Assembly: GCF_964213995.1 (NCBI RefSeq)
Contig: NW_027590123.1
Span: 2,418,001-2,482,000 of the forward strand
Direction: 5' to 3'
From: Mustelus asterias
Lineage: Eukaryota
DNA: 64,000 bases
The notes beneath the pieces are model-generated. The model was not told where the DNA came from and did no database searches. It worked only from the letters and a program-made list of their open reading frames with translations. A program made the position numbers and the translations under genes. Below are positions 48,002-61,262 of this stretch, in pieces; within the stretch, counting starts at the first letter, position 1, and each line of letters starts with the position of its first letter.

Positions 48002-50218
48002 AAGATGGTCCTCGGGTTGAAGTTCTGAACTGGAAAAAGGCCAAATTTGATGAAATGAGAAGGGATCTGGGAAGTGTGGATTGGCACAGGCTGTTCTCTG
48101 GTAAGGATGTAAATGGAAAGTGGGAGGCCTTCAAAGGAGAAATTTTGAGAGTGCAGAGTTTGTATGTTCCTGTCAGGATTAAAGGCAAAGTAAATAGGAA
48201 CAAGGAACCTTGGTTCTCGAGGGAGATTGTAACACTGATTAAGAGGAAGAGAGAGTTGTATGAAATGTACAGGCAGCAAGGAACACATCAGATGCACGAG
48301 GAGTATAAAAAGTGCAAGAAGCTCCTTAAGAGGGAAATCAGGAGGGCTAAAAGAAGACATGAGGTTGCTTTGGCAGACAGAGTGAAGGAAAATCCAAAGA
48401 GCTTCTATAGGTATGTTAGGAGCAAAAGGATAGTGAGAGATAAAATTGGTCCTCTTGAAGACCAGAGTGGTAGACTGTGTATGGAACCAAAAGAGATGGG
48501 GGAGATACTAATTGGTTTTTTTGCATCCGTATTTACTGAGGAAACGGGCATGGAGTCTACGGAAATAGGGCAAACTGGTAGGGAGGCCATGGAACCGTTA
48601 CAGATTAAAGGGGAGGAGGTGCTTGCTGTCTTGAGGCAAATCAGAGTGGATAAAACCCCAGGACCGGACAGGGTATTCCCACGGACCTTGAGGGAAGTGT
48701 TGAACTTGCAGGGGCCCTGGCAGACATATTTAAAATGTCAGTATTCACGGGGGAGGTGCCGGATGATTGGAGGGTGGCTCATGTTGTTTCGTTGTTTAAA
48801 AAAGGTTCCAAAAGAAATCCAGGAAATTATCAGCCAGTAAGTTTGACGTCGGTGGTGGGCAAGTTATTGGAAGGTGTGATACGGGATAGGATCTACAAAT
48901 ATTTGGATAGACAGGGACTTATTAGGTAGAGTCAACATGGCTTTGTGCGTGGTAGGTCATGTTTGACCAATCTATTAGAGTCTTTCGAGGAGGTTACCAG
49001 GAAAGTGGATGAAGGGAAGGCGGTGGAAGTTGTCTACCTGGATTTCAGCAAGGCCTTTGACAAGGTCCCTCATGGGAGGTTAGTTAGGAAGGTTCAGTCG
49101 CTAGGTATACATGGGGAGGTAGTAAATTGGATTAGACACTGGCTCAATGGAAGAAGCCAGAGAGTGGTTGTGGAGGATTGCTTCTCTGAGTGGAGGCCTG
49201 TGACTAGTGGTGTGCCGCAGGGATCGGTGTTGGGTCCATTGTTGTTTGTCATCTATATCAATGATCTGGATGATAATGTGGTCAATTGGATCAGCAAGTT
49301 TGCTGATGATACAAAGATTGGAGGTGTAGTGGACAGTGAGGAAGGTTTTCAAAGCTTGCAGAGGGATTTGGACCAACTAGAAAAATGGGCTGAAAAATGG
49401 CAAATGGAATTTAACGCAGACAAGTGTGAGATATTGCACTTTGGAAGGACAAATCAAAGTAGAACGTACAGGGTAAATGGTAGGACTCTGAAGAGTGCAG
49501 TTGAACAGAGGGATCTGGGAATACAGGTACAGAATTCCCTAAAAGTGACGTCACAGGTGGATAGGGTCGTAAAGAGTGCCTTTGGTACATTGGCCTTTAT
49601 AAATCGGAGTATCGAGTATAAAAGTTGGAGTGTTATGGTAAGGTTACATAAGGCATTGGTGAGGCCGAATTTGGAGTATTGTGTACAGTTTTGGTCACCT
49701 AGTTACAGGAAGGATGTAAATAAGATTGAAAGAGTGCAGAGAAGGTTCACAAGGATGTTGCCGGGACTTGAGAAGCTGAGTTACAGAGAGAGCTTGAATA
49801 GGTTGGGACTTTATTCCCTGGAGCGTAGAAGATTGAGGGGAGATTTGATCGAGGTGTATAAGATTTTGATGGGTATAGATCGAGTGAATGCAAGCAGGCT
49901 TTTTCCGCTGAGGCTAGGGGAGAAAAAAAACCAGAGGGCATGGGTTAAGGGTGAAAGGAGGAAAGTTTAAAGGGTATTAGGGGGGGCTTCTTCACGCAGA
50001 GAGTGGTGGGAGTGTGGAATGAGCTGCCGGATAAAGTGGTAAATGCGGGGACACTTTTAACATTTAAGAAAAACTTGGACGGGTTCATGGATGAGAGGGG
50101 TGTGGAGGGATATGGTCCAAGTGCAGGTCAGTGGGACTAGGCATAAAATGGTTCGGCACAGACAAGAAGGGCCAAGAGGCCTGTTTCTGAGCTGTAATTT
50201 TCTATGGTTCTATGGTTC
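48002..50218 (+). mobile_element. Young 5'-truncated CR1 LINE (ORF2 RT nearly intact)
   Basis: ORFs of 261, 64 and 341 aa in tandem with few disablements; YLDFSKAFDKVPH, GVPQGSVLGP, FADDTK; (ttctatgg)n tail. Confidence 0.95.
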
Positions 50219-50604
50219 AGAGAATTGTGTCCCCCTAAACACTTTCCTCATTACTGGCATTGTCCAGTGCAGTAAAAACTGAGACCATGTTCAATGCAAT
50301 ATAAACGTGGATAGGGTCAAATGCAGAAATAAGACTCCATCTAGTTTAATACAAACAGACAGGTCTAAATTAATACAAACCGATGCAGCGTCTAGTGGTA
50401 TGAACTGAAACATGTTGATGCATAATATAAACAGGGAGACGGTCTAATTTAGTATAATCAGAGAAAGCATCTCGTTTATTATGTGTAGAGATAGGGTTGA
50501 GTGCAACATGAACCGAGGCACGACCTTATATAATAGAAGCTGACACAGGGTAAATTTACTGTCTAATAAAGAGACTGGTTCAATCCCCATGAAATCTGGA
50601 GAGA

Positions 50605-51200
50605 CGGCCTACTGCCCCATCAAAAATTCACAGGACAGGAGTAACATGGGGTTAGCTGTAAAGTTCCCCCATGCATTGCCAAATTTAACACTCCCAAGTC
50701 AGGAATAGCATGATTTCGATACAAAGTGAACCTTCATCACACTATCAAAATAAAACATTCCTGGAAAAGGGAGACTGTCTAGAAACAGAGTGAAACTCCC
50801 TCTACAAAGTCTGCTCAAACACAATGAAGGCATACAGACCAGAGGCTCTCTTCGAGGTAAAACCACTTCTGCATTTTTCCTTCAGAGAATCGGGAGGCAA
50901 GTTTGAATTGGTGTTCGGTAGAGGGGGAAGATCCCTCGACACAGTCCCATAAAATACACCCAGGTCAGGTACAGCAGAGATTAGATACGGATTAAATATC
51001 CCTCTACAAGTAATATCAAACATTCAAAGGGCAGGTATGTGAGTTTAGATGCAGACTAAATATTCCTCTCCACTGTCCAGTCAAACAGTCCAAGGGCAGG
51101 GATAAATACAGGGAAAATTTCTTTGGTACTGCCACATCGAATCCTTGTTACGAGGTACAACACAGGTTCGATACAGAGGGAAATGTATAAAATATCCCAA
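50605..51200 (+). repeat. Degenerate ~65-70-bp tandem repeat
   Basis: Recurring caaacac.cccagg.caggtacag…ttagatacagagtaaa…cctctacactgtc. Confidence 0.7.
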
Positions 51201-52074
51201 GATCATAGAATGCTCAAGAGATCTTTTAGAGTAAATCTCTCTCATGGATTCCAATTCATTGCGTTGCATTCCTTACTACTCTGGCAGAGAGAATACATTG
51301 GGCAACATTGAATTCAGATTGTGGAGGGAAGACGATGAACTATCGTGAAGAGACAAGACACAGAACCAGAAGGAGAAAGACAGAGAGAGAGAGATGAAAC
51401 ACAGGGAATTTCCACGAACACATTTGCCGTGTTACGACATTTCGGGATCAGAGGGATTATTTGCTAATTCTTAACATAGATATTGTCATGATATTTTTTC
51501 TTCATATAATTGATGAATAACTAATGTATAAAAACAATCATTTCTGGAATCCGTTGATCAATTTGCATGTTTGTCTATTTTTCTGTGCTGTGTTGGTGGG
51601 GAAATATTTGTTGTCTCTTTGTCAGTCAACAATCTAATCTGGGATTTCTATTTCTGTGTTTATTTACATAAGCACCTCACTGTTTACAATGAAATGTTCA
51701 TGGCAGCAAAAACAGATAAACCGTCACTTATTCATTCGTTTCAACTCAAAATAGCGGTTATTTTAAGAATATTAACAGTTGGTTCAAAATGAATAGAAAC
51801 CTTTTTAACATACATTACACCAGATGCTATTTAATTAAATGAATAAATACATTCTATTTCAGAATTTGTTCTGAAAGTTCTGATGTCACAATAAATAAAG
51901 TATCTGTGAGCAGGCTGGTATTCCACTGAATGTTAATTTGAGTGATGATCTAAATTGCTTCAACTAGACAAGTTAAAACAAAGAGAACTGATGTGTGAAA
52001 TATTCCTGTCATAATTAGTGATCAGACTCACACGAGGGAAGAATAAAAAATCCAGTGTGGTTATCACTAAGTGA

Positions 52075-52560
52075 TACAAGTAGCATTGCTGCGTCACAGT
52101 GACAGGGAAGCGGGTTCGATTCCAACCTTGGGTGACTGTGTGTGGTTTTTCACATTCGACCATGTCCATGTGAGTTTCCTCCGGTGCTCCGGTTTCCTTC
52201 CACAGTCCAAGGATGTACGGGTTAGGTGGATTGGTACGATAAATTGCTCCTTTGAGTCCAAGGATGAGCAACGTAGAATCACAAAATCCCTACAGTGCAG
52301 AAGGAGACCATCGATTTATCAAGTCTGAACCAGCTGTCCAGCAGAGCATCATTCCCAGGCCCAAGGTGGATTGGCGATTCTAAATTGCCCCTTAGTGTGC
52401 AACGATGTGTAGGTTAGAGACATTAGCCTCTGAATATGTGAGGTTGTCGGGATAGGGTGAAGGCTGGGCCTGGATAGGATGCTCTGCTGGAGAGCAGCTG
52501 CAGACTTGATGGACCGAATGGCCTCCTACTGCACTGCACTGGATTCTATGATTCTATGCT
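52075..52560 (+). mobile_element. HE1-like SINE fragments (nested or rearranged)
   Basis: Head and V-domain at 52075-52275, inverted tail piece, second tail at 52365-52560. Confidence 0.75.
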
Positions 52561-53254
52561 GCTATGATCAGCAGAGGAATGAATATATTCGCATTAATCT
52601 CTCAGCACTTCCAACGTATTACAACTTTCATTTTGGTAGAGCTTACATTTATAGAACCCTTTACCCGACTTCATGTAGTCCCAAAGTTCTTAAAACTCAC
52701 TGATGTACCTTTGCTGAATTTAGTCACTGCTATCATGTTGCAAATACAACAGGTAATGTACGTACAACAAACTCCCACAAACCGAGATGTGATAAATTGC
52801 CAGTAAATTTGTGATTTTGTTTGAAGAATCAGTATTAAGGTAGGATATTGGGGAGAGCAGCCTTGCTCTTTAGAACTATATCAATGAGATTTTGCATCCT
52901 GGCATCGATTTTAAATGTGAATCTGGTTCTCTATCTGCTGATGTACACTGACCTGCTGAGTAGCATTTGTGTTACTTTAGTTTTAGATTTCCAGAATCGG
53001 CAGCACTTTACACTGTTGTTATTGATCCTCTGGATGTGAGCATCACTGACAAAGCCAACAGTTAGTTGTCCCTGCTGAGAAGGCTGTTGTGAACCAGCTT
53101 GTTGAAACCTGCCCTCTGGATGATTTTATTATTTGTTTTTCCATAGCAGCTTTGATACAACAGGATGGCCTGCCCGGCAATTTCAGTAGTGGCTAAGAGT
53201 CATTTTCATCATAGTGGAATTGGTGTCTAGGCAGAACAGACAGGGTAAAGATAG

Positions 53255-53776
53255 GAATCTTCGGTTTTCAGTTATTTCCAAAGAGACGATTTCGTTTGAA
53301 GTATAAAAGCAAATTACTACGGATTCTGGAATTGAAACAAAAAGAGAAAATGTTGGAAAATCTCAGCAGGCCTGGCAATATCTGTGAGGAGAGAAAATAG
53401 CTGACATTTCGAATCCAGATGACCTTTTGACAAAGTTTTGACAAAGGGTCATCTTTAATCGAAAAGTAAGCTCTTCTCTCTCCTTCCAGGTGCTGCCAGA
53501 CTTGCTGAGATTTTCCAGCATTTTCTCTTTACTTTGTTTGAAGTGTCTTCGGGTGGAGTAAATTGATTCTGTATCCTGGGGCGGAGGAATTGTAGGCTGA
53601 CTCAAGACTATCGTCCTGAAGAAGAGACTTTAAACACTGTTCAGGGACCTGTCGGACCCAGACCATCCAGTTACTGCCAACATTGAACGCGTTGGCTTTG
53701 CAGGTCAGTCTCAAAGAGTTTCAGGGACACCCAGTTTCTGCCTCTCGCTGAGTCAACACAACCTCCGATTCGACAC
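53255..53776 (-). pseudogene. IGHV: VH pseudogene ([40 protein letters not shown]…), interrupted and truncated
   Basis: Clear FR1/FR2 homology to the functional VH; acceptor AG mutated to AA; in-frame stop; FR3 (…SNEIVSLEI…KTED) resumes at about 53255-53300 after an insertion; no YYC or RSS seen. Confidence 0.9.
53303..53535. mobile_element. Palindromic Penelope-type insertion in the VH pseudogene, 9-bp TSD
   Basis: Flanked by GTTTGAAGT at 53294-53302 and 53536-53544; long internal inverted repeat. Confidence 0.75.
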
Positions 53777-53804
53777 TTGTAAAAATATCTAAAATCCTAT
53801 GAAA

Positions 53805-54120
53805 ATAAAACGCCACGCACTCCGGACATACTCGCTCACCTTTTTCCATCGGGAACAAGATACAAAAGTCTGAGGATACGTATAAACCGACTCAAAAACA
53901 ATTTCTCGCCTGCTGCAATCGGACGTTTGAATGGACCTACGTCGCATTAAGTTCATCTTTCTCTACACCCCACCTATGACTGCAAAATTACATTATTCAC
54001 TCTCTCCCTTCCTTCCCTATATACGTTATGCTCTGACTGTATCGTGAGCAAGAAACAATATTTTGCACTGTGCACTAATATGTGCGATAATAATAAGTCA
54101 AATGAAATCAAATGAAATAT
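53805..54120 (+). mobile_element. Rex1/Babar-type LINE 3' end inserted in the leader-V intron of the pseudogene
   Basis: Translates to PSGTRYKSLRIRINRLKNNFSPAAIGRLN-like C-terminus; (aaatg/aaatc)n tail; intron homology resumes at 54121. Confidence 0.7.
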
Positions 54121-54529
54121 ATCAAAAACACCAAGGATTATTCCCGGTGAATTGATTGCTGGCAATGGAACATTCCAGAGACAGACTAACACCGAGGGAG
54201 TAACAGTGAAATCCATTGTCATGTCTCTGCTAGTCCAAGAGGTGAAATTGCATTTGAGCATCTGTTAGAGAAAAGAAACAATTTCATTGTAAATTAAGTG
54301 CCTTTATTTCGTCACCCCTTCACAAGGGAATGGACATAAACAGATGACATTACATTATCAGGGTAAAGATGTCAGTCTGATTTGCAATAATTCTGTGTCT
54401 CTAACACATTACAGCGAAATATAATTCATTAGAAGAATTATTATCGATTTATGTAACTTAATGCTGGGATGATTGTGTTTCAGGTGTGGATAGCTATCAT
54501 TGTAATTTGGGACTGGATATAAGAAGAAG

Positions 54530-54850
54530 GGAAGCAGTGGCCTCGCGTTATTATCGCTAGACAATTAATCCACAAACTCAACTAATGTTCTCAGGACCCG
54601 GCTTCGAGTCCCGCCACGGCAGATGGTGGAATTTAAATTCAGTAAAAACGTCTGGAATTAAGAATCTACTTATGACCATGATATCATTGTCGATTGTGTA
54701 AAAACCTATCTGGTTCATTAATGTCCTTTCAAGCAGGAAATATTCCGTCCTTACCTCATCTAGCCGACATGTGATTACAGAGCCACAGCAATGTGTTTAG
54801 CTCTCAACTGCCCTCGACAATGAGTGGGCAATAAATATTTATCAGCCAGA
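54530..54850 (+). mobile_element. Deu-domain-like SINE
   Basis: Same family as 8478; absent from the paralogous flank at about 41300. Confidence 0.6.
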
Positions 54851-54864
54851 GGCACCCATATCCA

Positions 54865-55140
54865 TAGAATCCCTGCAGTGCATTAGGAGCATCTCGGGCC
54901 CACACCGACAACGCTCCCACCCAGGCCCTGTTCCCATCCCTGCTAATTAACTTGATTCTATGGGACAATTCATCATCGCCAATCAACCTAATTGGCATAT
55001 CTTTGGACAATGGGAATAAACAGGCAGACAATTGGAGAATGTGCAGACTACACACAGACAGTGATCCATTCCGGGAATTGAAGCACGGTCCCTGATGCTG
55101 TGAAGCAGCAATGGTAACCACTATGCCACCGTGCCGCCCA
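54865..55140 (-). mobile_element. HE1-like SINE
   Basis: Minus-strand head gggcggcacggtggcatagtggtt. Confidence 0.8.
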
Positions 55141-55982
55141 CTAATAAATTAACAAAATAAACTCCTTATCTGATACAATGTTACACCATATATTTTCCCA
55201 ACAGCTCCTTAACCCTGTGAAAATTAACGGTGAAAGAAAACTTCTTGACTTACAATTAAGCATTGAGTTGACAGAGAAACACAAATTTGACATTGACTTT
55301 TAACAAAGAAGCTAATGAATTAGAACGGACACGGCAATCAGGAAAGTTCTCCTTCAGCATCCAAATCATGACAGTTCATTTTATTGGCGAGCAGCTGGTA
55401 TTGGGAACACAAGATATCAGGACTTTGCGGCATAATGCACAATATCACAAGAATAAATATTTTATCTTTCACTGAACCAGGTTATGAACTGGTCATTTCT
55501 TCGCTCATTGGCAGTTATGAGAGGGACTGTTAAATAATCGAAATCAGATTATGCTGGACAAAAGAACACGTTATACATCAGGTATAAGTTTTTAATTAGG
55601 TTCAGAACATTGAGAATATTCCAGAAATTCCCGCAGTTCAAGGCAGATATATGATTTTCTTTTACTTTTAATTATTTTCATTTTTGTGCCTTTACACTGA
55701 TCTCATGGGACTGAGGGATTGGGGACATCAGCATATTTTTCTTGCACTTCATGAAGTTGTTCATAAAGAGGCTTTAATTGTTGGAAGGACATTTCTTTGG
55801 AAGCTATACAAATGAAATAGCATCAAGTCAATTGACTAGTTTCCGATACATTTTAATCACATAATGAAAAGTGCATTCATTTAAAATATTTGTTTCGAAG
55901 GAAAAACATTTAAAATGTGCCTTCCTTTTGGGAATAAAACATTTATTGTATAACTGACGAAGTCCCATGTTATCCTTACAGA

Positions 55983-56210
55983 TTCACGTTAATCTGTCCT
56001 ACGCAGTATTTGGCAACTGTCCAGGCTGCTGCCAAATACCCAAAAATATTTACAGGAAGCATCTGAGGGTGTTTGTTCAGTAAATCAAAAACCTGTTTCC
56101 TCAGTACTGAACACTTGGCTGCAAGCCAACTTCAAACTCTCAGCATTGTCAATGGGGCCTATTTATAAACAAATCTACCCAGCAACAGTACTGGAGGCAA
56201 TTTAATTATT
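55983..56210. promoter_or_regulatory. Candidate enhancer (copy 2, upstream of the VH pseudogene)
   Basis: Same motifs retained: NFI at 56115-56129; identical block at 56156-56199. Confidence 0.45.
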
Positions 56211-56974
56211 TTTAAGTTGCAAACATCTATGAATGTTTCCCATTTCTTCGGAAAAGAAAGTATTCAGCTTCTCTGGCACCTTGTTAGCAACAATAATGAT
56301 CTCTCCAACACAAGAAAACATTGATGGATGGATATTAAAAAAATACCGGCAGATTATGAGAGGTGATTCAGAGAGGTGATATATTTTATACTAGATAAAC
56401 ATCTATGCTTGTGTTTTCTTTCACTTCATTCTTCCATGGGACGTGAGAATCTCTGGAAAGGCCAACATTTATTCCCTTTGCCTAATTTCTTTTGAACTGA
56501 GTGGTATGCTAGTGCATCTCAGAAGGCATTGCCCAGTTAGTTATATTGCTGTCCGTCTGCAGTCACATCCTGATCAGACCAGGTAGGGATGGCAGATTTC
56601 CTTCATTGGGGAATCAGAGAGGTTTATCTGGTCGCTGTCAGGACGTATTCCAGATTTATTGATTGAATTCAAATTCCAACAGCTGCCAGGGTCGGATTTA
56701 ATCTCGTGTCTCCACATCATTGGCCTGGGCTTCTGGATTACTGGTACACTGGCATTAATATTACGCCACCATCTACTCAGCAATAAAGGAATACTTGCGT
56801 TGATGCAGGGATGAACGATAGTTGGATGCCTGAATGTTTTGCTTGAGAAATCAGAGAGTGGAGGGATGGATGGGACGATAGCTGGTCCAAATATTTGCTG
56901 TTCTACATTCGCATATTTGTGATTTACTACTTCAAAAATCGAAGCAGGTCCTTTATTCCAAGTGTGTCAGTATA

Positions 56975-58975
56975 TAAGACCATAAGTCCATAAGACATAA
57001 GAAATAGGAGCAGAATGAGGCCACTCGGTCCATCGAGTCTGCTCCCGCCATTCAATGATGGCTGATATTTTTCTCATCTATATTCTCTTGCCTTTTCCCC
57101 ATAACCACTGATCCTCTTATTAATCACGAACCCATCTATCTCTGTCTTAAAAACACCCAATGACCTGGCCTCCAACCTTATACGGCAAGAGATCCACAGA
57201 TCCACCACACTCTGGCCGAAGAAATTCCTCCTCAGCTCTGTTTTAAACGATCGTCCCTTTAGTCTGAGGTTGTGCCCTCTGGTTCTAGTTGTTCCTACGA
57301 GTGGAAACATCCTCCCCACGCCCACTCTATCCAGGCCTTGCAGTATCCTGAAAGATTCAATAAGATCTCCCCTCATCTTTCAAAACTCCAACGAGTACAG
57401 ATCCAGAGGACTCAACCGTTCCTCATACAGCAAGCCCTTCATTCCAGGCATCATTCTTGTGAAACTCCACTGGACCCTTTCCATGGCCAGCACATCCTTC
57501 CGAAGATATGGGGCCCAAAACTGCTCACAATACTCCAATTGGGTCTGACCAGAGCCTTGTACAGCCTCAGAGGTATATCCCTGCTCTTGCATTCTAGCCC
57601 TCTCGACATGAATGCTAACATTGCATTTGCCTTCCTGAACCTGCACTTTAACCTTAAGAGAATCTTGAACAATGACTCCCACGTCCCTTCGTATTTTTGA
57701 TTTCCTCAGCATTTTCCCATTTAGAAAATAGTCTATGCCTCCATTCCTCCTTCCAAGAGCATAACCTCACATTTTTCCAAATTGTATTCGAGCTGCCACA
57801 TCTTTGCCGACTCTGCTAACCTGTCCAAGCCCTTCTGCAGCCCCCCTGCTTCCTCAATACTACCTGTCCCTCTACATATCTTTGTATCATCTGCAACCTT
57901 AGCAACAGTGCCTTCAGTTCCTTCCTCCAAATCGTTAATGCATACTGTGAAAAGTTGTGGTCCCAGCACTGACCCCTGAGGCACACCACTAGTCACCGGC
58001 TGCCATCCTGAGAAAGACCCCTTTATTCCCACTCTCTGCCTTCTGCTAATCAACCAATCCTCTATCCATGACAGGATCTTACCCTTAACACCATGTGCAC
58101 TTAACTTATTTAACAGTCTCTTTTTCGGCACCATGTCAAAGGCCTTCTGGAAATCTAAATAAATCATGTCCACTGGCTCTCATTTATCTAACTTCCTTGT
58201 TACCTCCTCAAATAACTCTAACAGATTTGTCAGATATTACCTCCCCTTCAGAAAACTGTGCTGACTCAGTCCTTCTTTATCATGCACTTCCATGGACTCT
58301 GCGATCTCATCTTTAATAATGGAATTTAAAGTCTTGCCAATGACCGAAGCCAGGCTAACCGGCCTATAAATTCTCGTCTGCTGCCTGCCTCCCATCTTAA
58401 ACAGTGGTGTTGCATTCGCTACTTTCCAGTCCTCTGGTACAGTCCCTGCCTCCAGTGATTTCTGAAAGACCACCACCAATGCTTCCACAATTTCCTCAGT
58501 TATCTCTTTTAGAAACCTGTGGTGTAGTCCTTCCGGTCCAGGTGAATTATCCACCTTCAGACCTTTCATTTTCCCCAGAACCTTCTCCTTAGTGATGGCC
58601 ACTGCAGTTACCTGTGCCCCCGGACTCTCCTGGAGCTCTGGAATTCCACTGGTGTCTTCCACCGTGAAGACTGATGCAAAGTAACTATTCAGTTCCTCTG
58701 CCATTGCTTTGTTTCCTATTATTACTTCTCCAGTCTAATTTTCCAGTGGTCCAATGTCAATGTTTGCGTCTTTCTTACCTTTTTTTAGATTGAAAAGAAC
58801 TCTCCCTGTCTTATTTGATATTACTAGCTCGCTTACACTCATATTGCATCTTCTCCCCCCTTATTGCTTTTTTAGTTGTCCTCTGCTCGCTTATAAATAC
58901 GTCCCAATCCTCTGGCTTCCCACTAATCTTTGCCGCTTTGTATGCTTTAACTTTTGCTTTAATGCTGTGCTTGAC
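56975..58975 (-). mobile_element. CR1 LINE ORF2 fragment with (cataaga)n tail
   Basis: YLDFQKAFD, GVPQGSVLGP, ADDTK and MRGDLIE motifs on the minus strand. Confidence 0.92.
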
Positions 58976-59099
58976 CTTTATGCTGTGCGACAACCTTTAG
59001 TCCTTCCAGATTTTCTCGGTGAATTCAATCCCCGAGATATCGGGAACAAATGAACTAAGAGCAGTCTGATTTTTTTTCCATCTGCTGATGGTGACTCGA

Positions 59100-59680
59100 G
59101 TCATAGAGTCATAGAGGTTGAGAGCATGGACACAAGCATTTCGGCCCTACTTGTCCATACCGCCCTTTTTATTAACCGTTAAGCTTGTCCCAATTTCCCG
59201 CGTTTGGCCCATAACCCTCTGTACCCATCCTACCCATGTAACTGTCTAAACCCTTTTTAAAAGACAAAATTGTACCCGCCTCTACCACTACCCCTGGCAG
59301 CCTGTTCCAGACACTTGCCACACTCTGTGTGAAACAATATCCCCTCTGAACCATTTTGTATCTCTCCACTCTCATCTTAAACCTATGCCCTCTCGTTTTA
59401 GACTCCTCTACCATTGGGAAAACATATTGACTATCGAGCTGATCTATGCACCTCATTATTTTATAGACTTCTATAAGATTCCCCCCAAGCCTCCTACGCT
59501 CCGGAGAAAAAGTCCCAGTCTATCCAGCCTCTCCCTACAACTCAAACCATCAAGGCCTCGTAGCATTCTAGTAAAACTTTTCTGCATTCTTTCTAGTTTA
59601 ATAATATCCGTTCTATAATAGGGTAACCAGAACTGTACACAGCATTCCAAGTGTAGCCTCACTGATGTCTTCAAAATCTT
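59100..59680 (-). mobile_element. CR1 3' fragment (same subfamily as 15590-16450)
   Basis: HLECCVQFW…DIIKLER and DQLDSQYVFP. Confidence 0.88.
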
Positions 59681-59894
59681 CAAATCCAAGATGGAAAGAG
59701 GGATTAGGTTGAGGGGGAGGATTGTAATGTTTGTAACATATGGCCCTTTCTAGCGCAATAAATCACTCAACATATCATCACCTAAATTAGCGAAGGTAAC
59801 AGGCTAAAAAACTAATGAGGCAATTGAAATGTTGTGAAACTCACTGGACAGATCCAAGTGGTAAATGACTTTCCAGTACTGTGTAAGTGTGCAA

Positions 59895-60220
59895 GGGCGG
59901 CACGGTGTCATATTGGCTAGCCCTGCTGCCTCACAACGCCAGGGACCCGGGTTCAATTCCGTCCTCAGGTCACTGTCTTTGTGGAGTTTGCAGTTTCTCT
60001 CCTTGTCTGTGTGGATTTCCTCCGGGTACTCTAGTATCCTCCTGCAGCCCGAACATGTGCAGCTCAGGTTGATTGGCCATGCTGAATTAACCCTTGTGTC
60101 AGGGGCATTAGTGGGGTTAATATGAGGGGTCACGGGAATAGGGCCTGGATAGGATTGAGGTCGTTCCAGACTCGATGGGCCCAATGGTCTCACTCTGCAC
60201 TGTGGATTCTTTGTTCTATG
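59895..60220 (+). mobile_element. HE1-like SINE
   Basis: gggcggcacggtg…gggttcaattcc…gtggagtttgca…tail. Confidence 0.85.
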
Positions 60221-61027
60221 AATAATTAATCTGCATCTTAAGATTCTATACCGTCAGATTAGATATTATAAATTATATATAACATTAGATACAGGTCCTT
60301 TCAGTTATACAGTCACTTTAAAAATGGTTACACACTCCAGTTATATATCAGGGGTTTATGTGTGATGATGAGGTGATTACGTGTCAATAAAGCGCAGAGG
60401 CTGCTGGGTAGCTGCTCATTATCCTCGGTCTGATTTAATTCAACTTCCCAGTGAATTCTGGGACAGATTTGATTCTTTGGTGACGGAAAGGCCAAAGTGA
60501 CCTCAATAAATTTGAATCTCAATAAACTACAATAAATAAACTGCAATTATATTTGTACCAAATAAAATGCTGAAAATAATTTGTTGAATATTTATTTATT
60601 TTTGTGATTTGCATATTATTAGTAATATTAGCGCCAGGAAATGACCATCTCCAAAAAGAGAGAATCTACCCATTGCTCCTTGTCATTCAATGATATTACG
60701 ATACTGAATCACCCACTATAAACATCGTCGGGGTTACCATTGGCTAATCGCTGAATTGACTAGATATATAAATGCTCCGGCTGGAATATCAGGTCGCTTG
60801 CTGTGAGTAACTCACCTTCTGACTTCCCAACCCTGTCCACCACCTACAAAAAAACAACTCAGGAGTGTAATAGAGTTCTTTCCACTTGCTTGAATGAGTG
60901 CAGCTCAAACAACATTCAAGAAGCTTTATAGCATTCAGGAAAACGCAGGCGGCTTGACCAACATAGCATTTGCAAATGCTCACTCCCTCCACCACCGACA
61001 AACAACAGCAGCATTATACACCATCTA

Positions 61028-61262
61028 CGGTTTCCTCCGGGTGCTCCCGTTTCCTCCCACAGTCCAAAGATGTGCGGGTTAAGTTGATTGGCCATGCTAA
61101 AAATTGCCCTTAGTGTCCCGGGATGCGTAGGTTAGAGGGATTAGTGGGGAAATATGTAGGGATATGGGGGTAGGGCCTGGGTGGGATTGTGGTCGGTGCA
61201 GACTCGATGGGCCGAATGGCCTCTTTCTGTGCTGTAGGGTTTCTAAGTTTCTAAGTTTCTAA
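61028..61262 (+). mobile_element. 5'-truncated young HE1-like SINE
   Basis: Close to consensus; (ttctaagt)n tail. Confidence 0.85.

Noticed and set aside
51561-51568. Octamer ATTTGCAT (another at 60607)
   Set aside because: Far from any promoter, not seen at the paralogous position, and expected by chance in AT-rich DNA.
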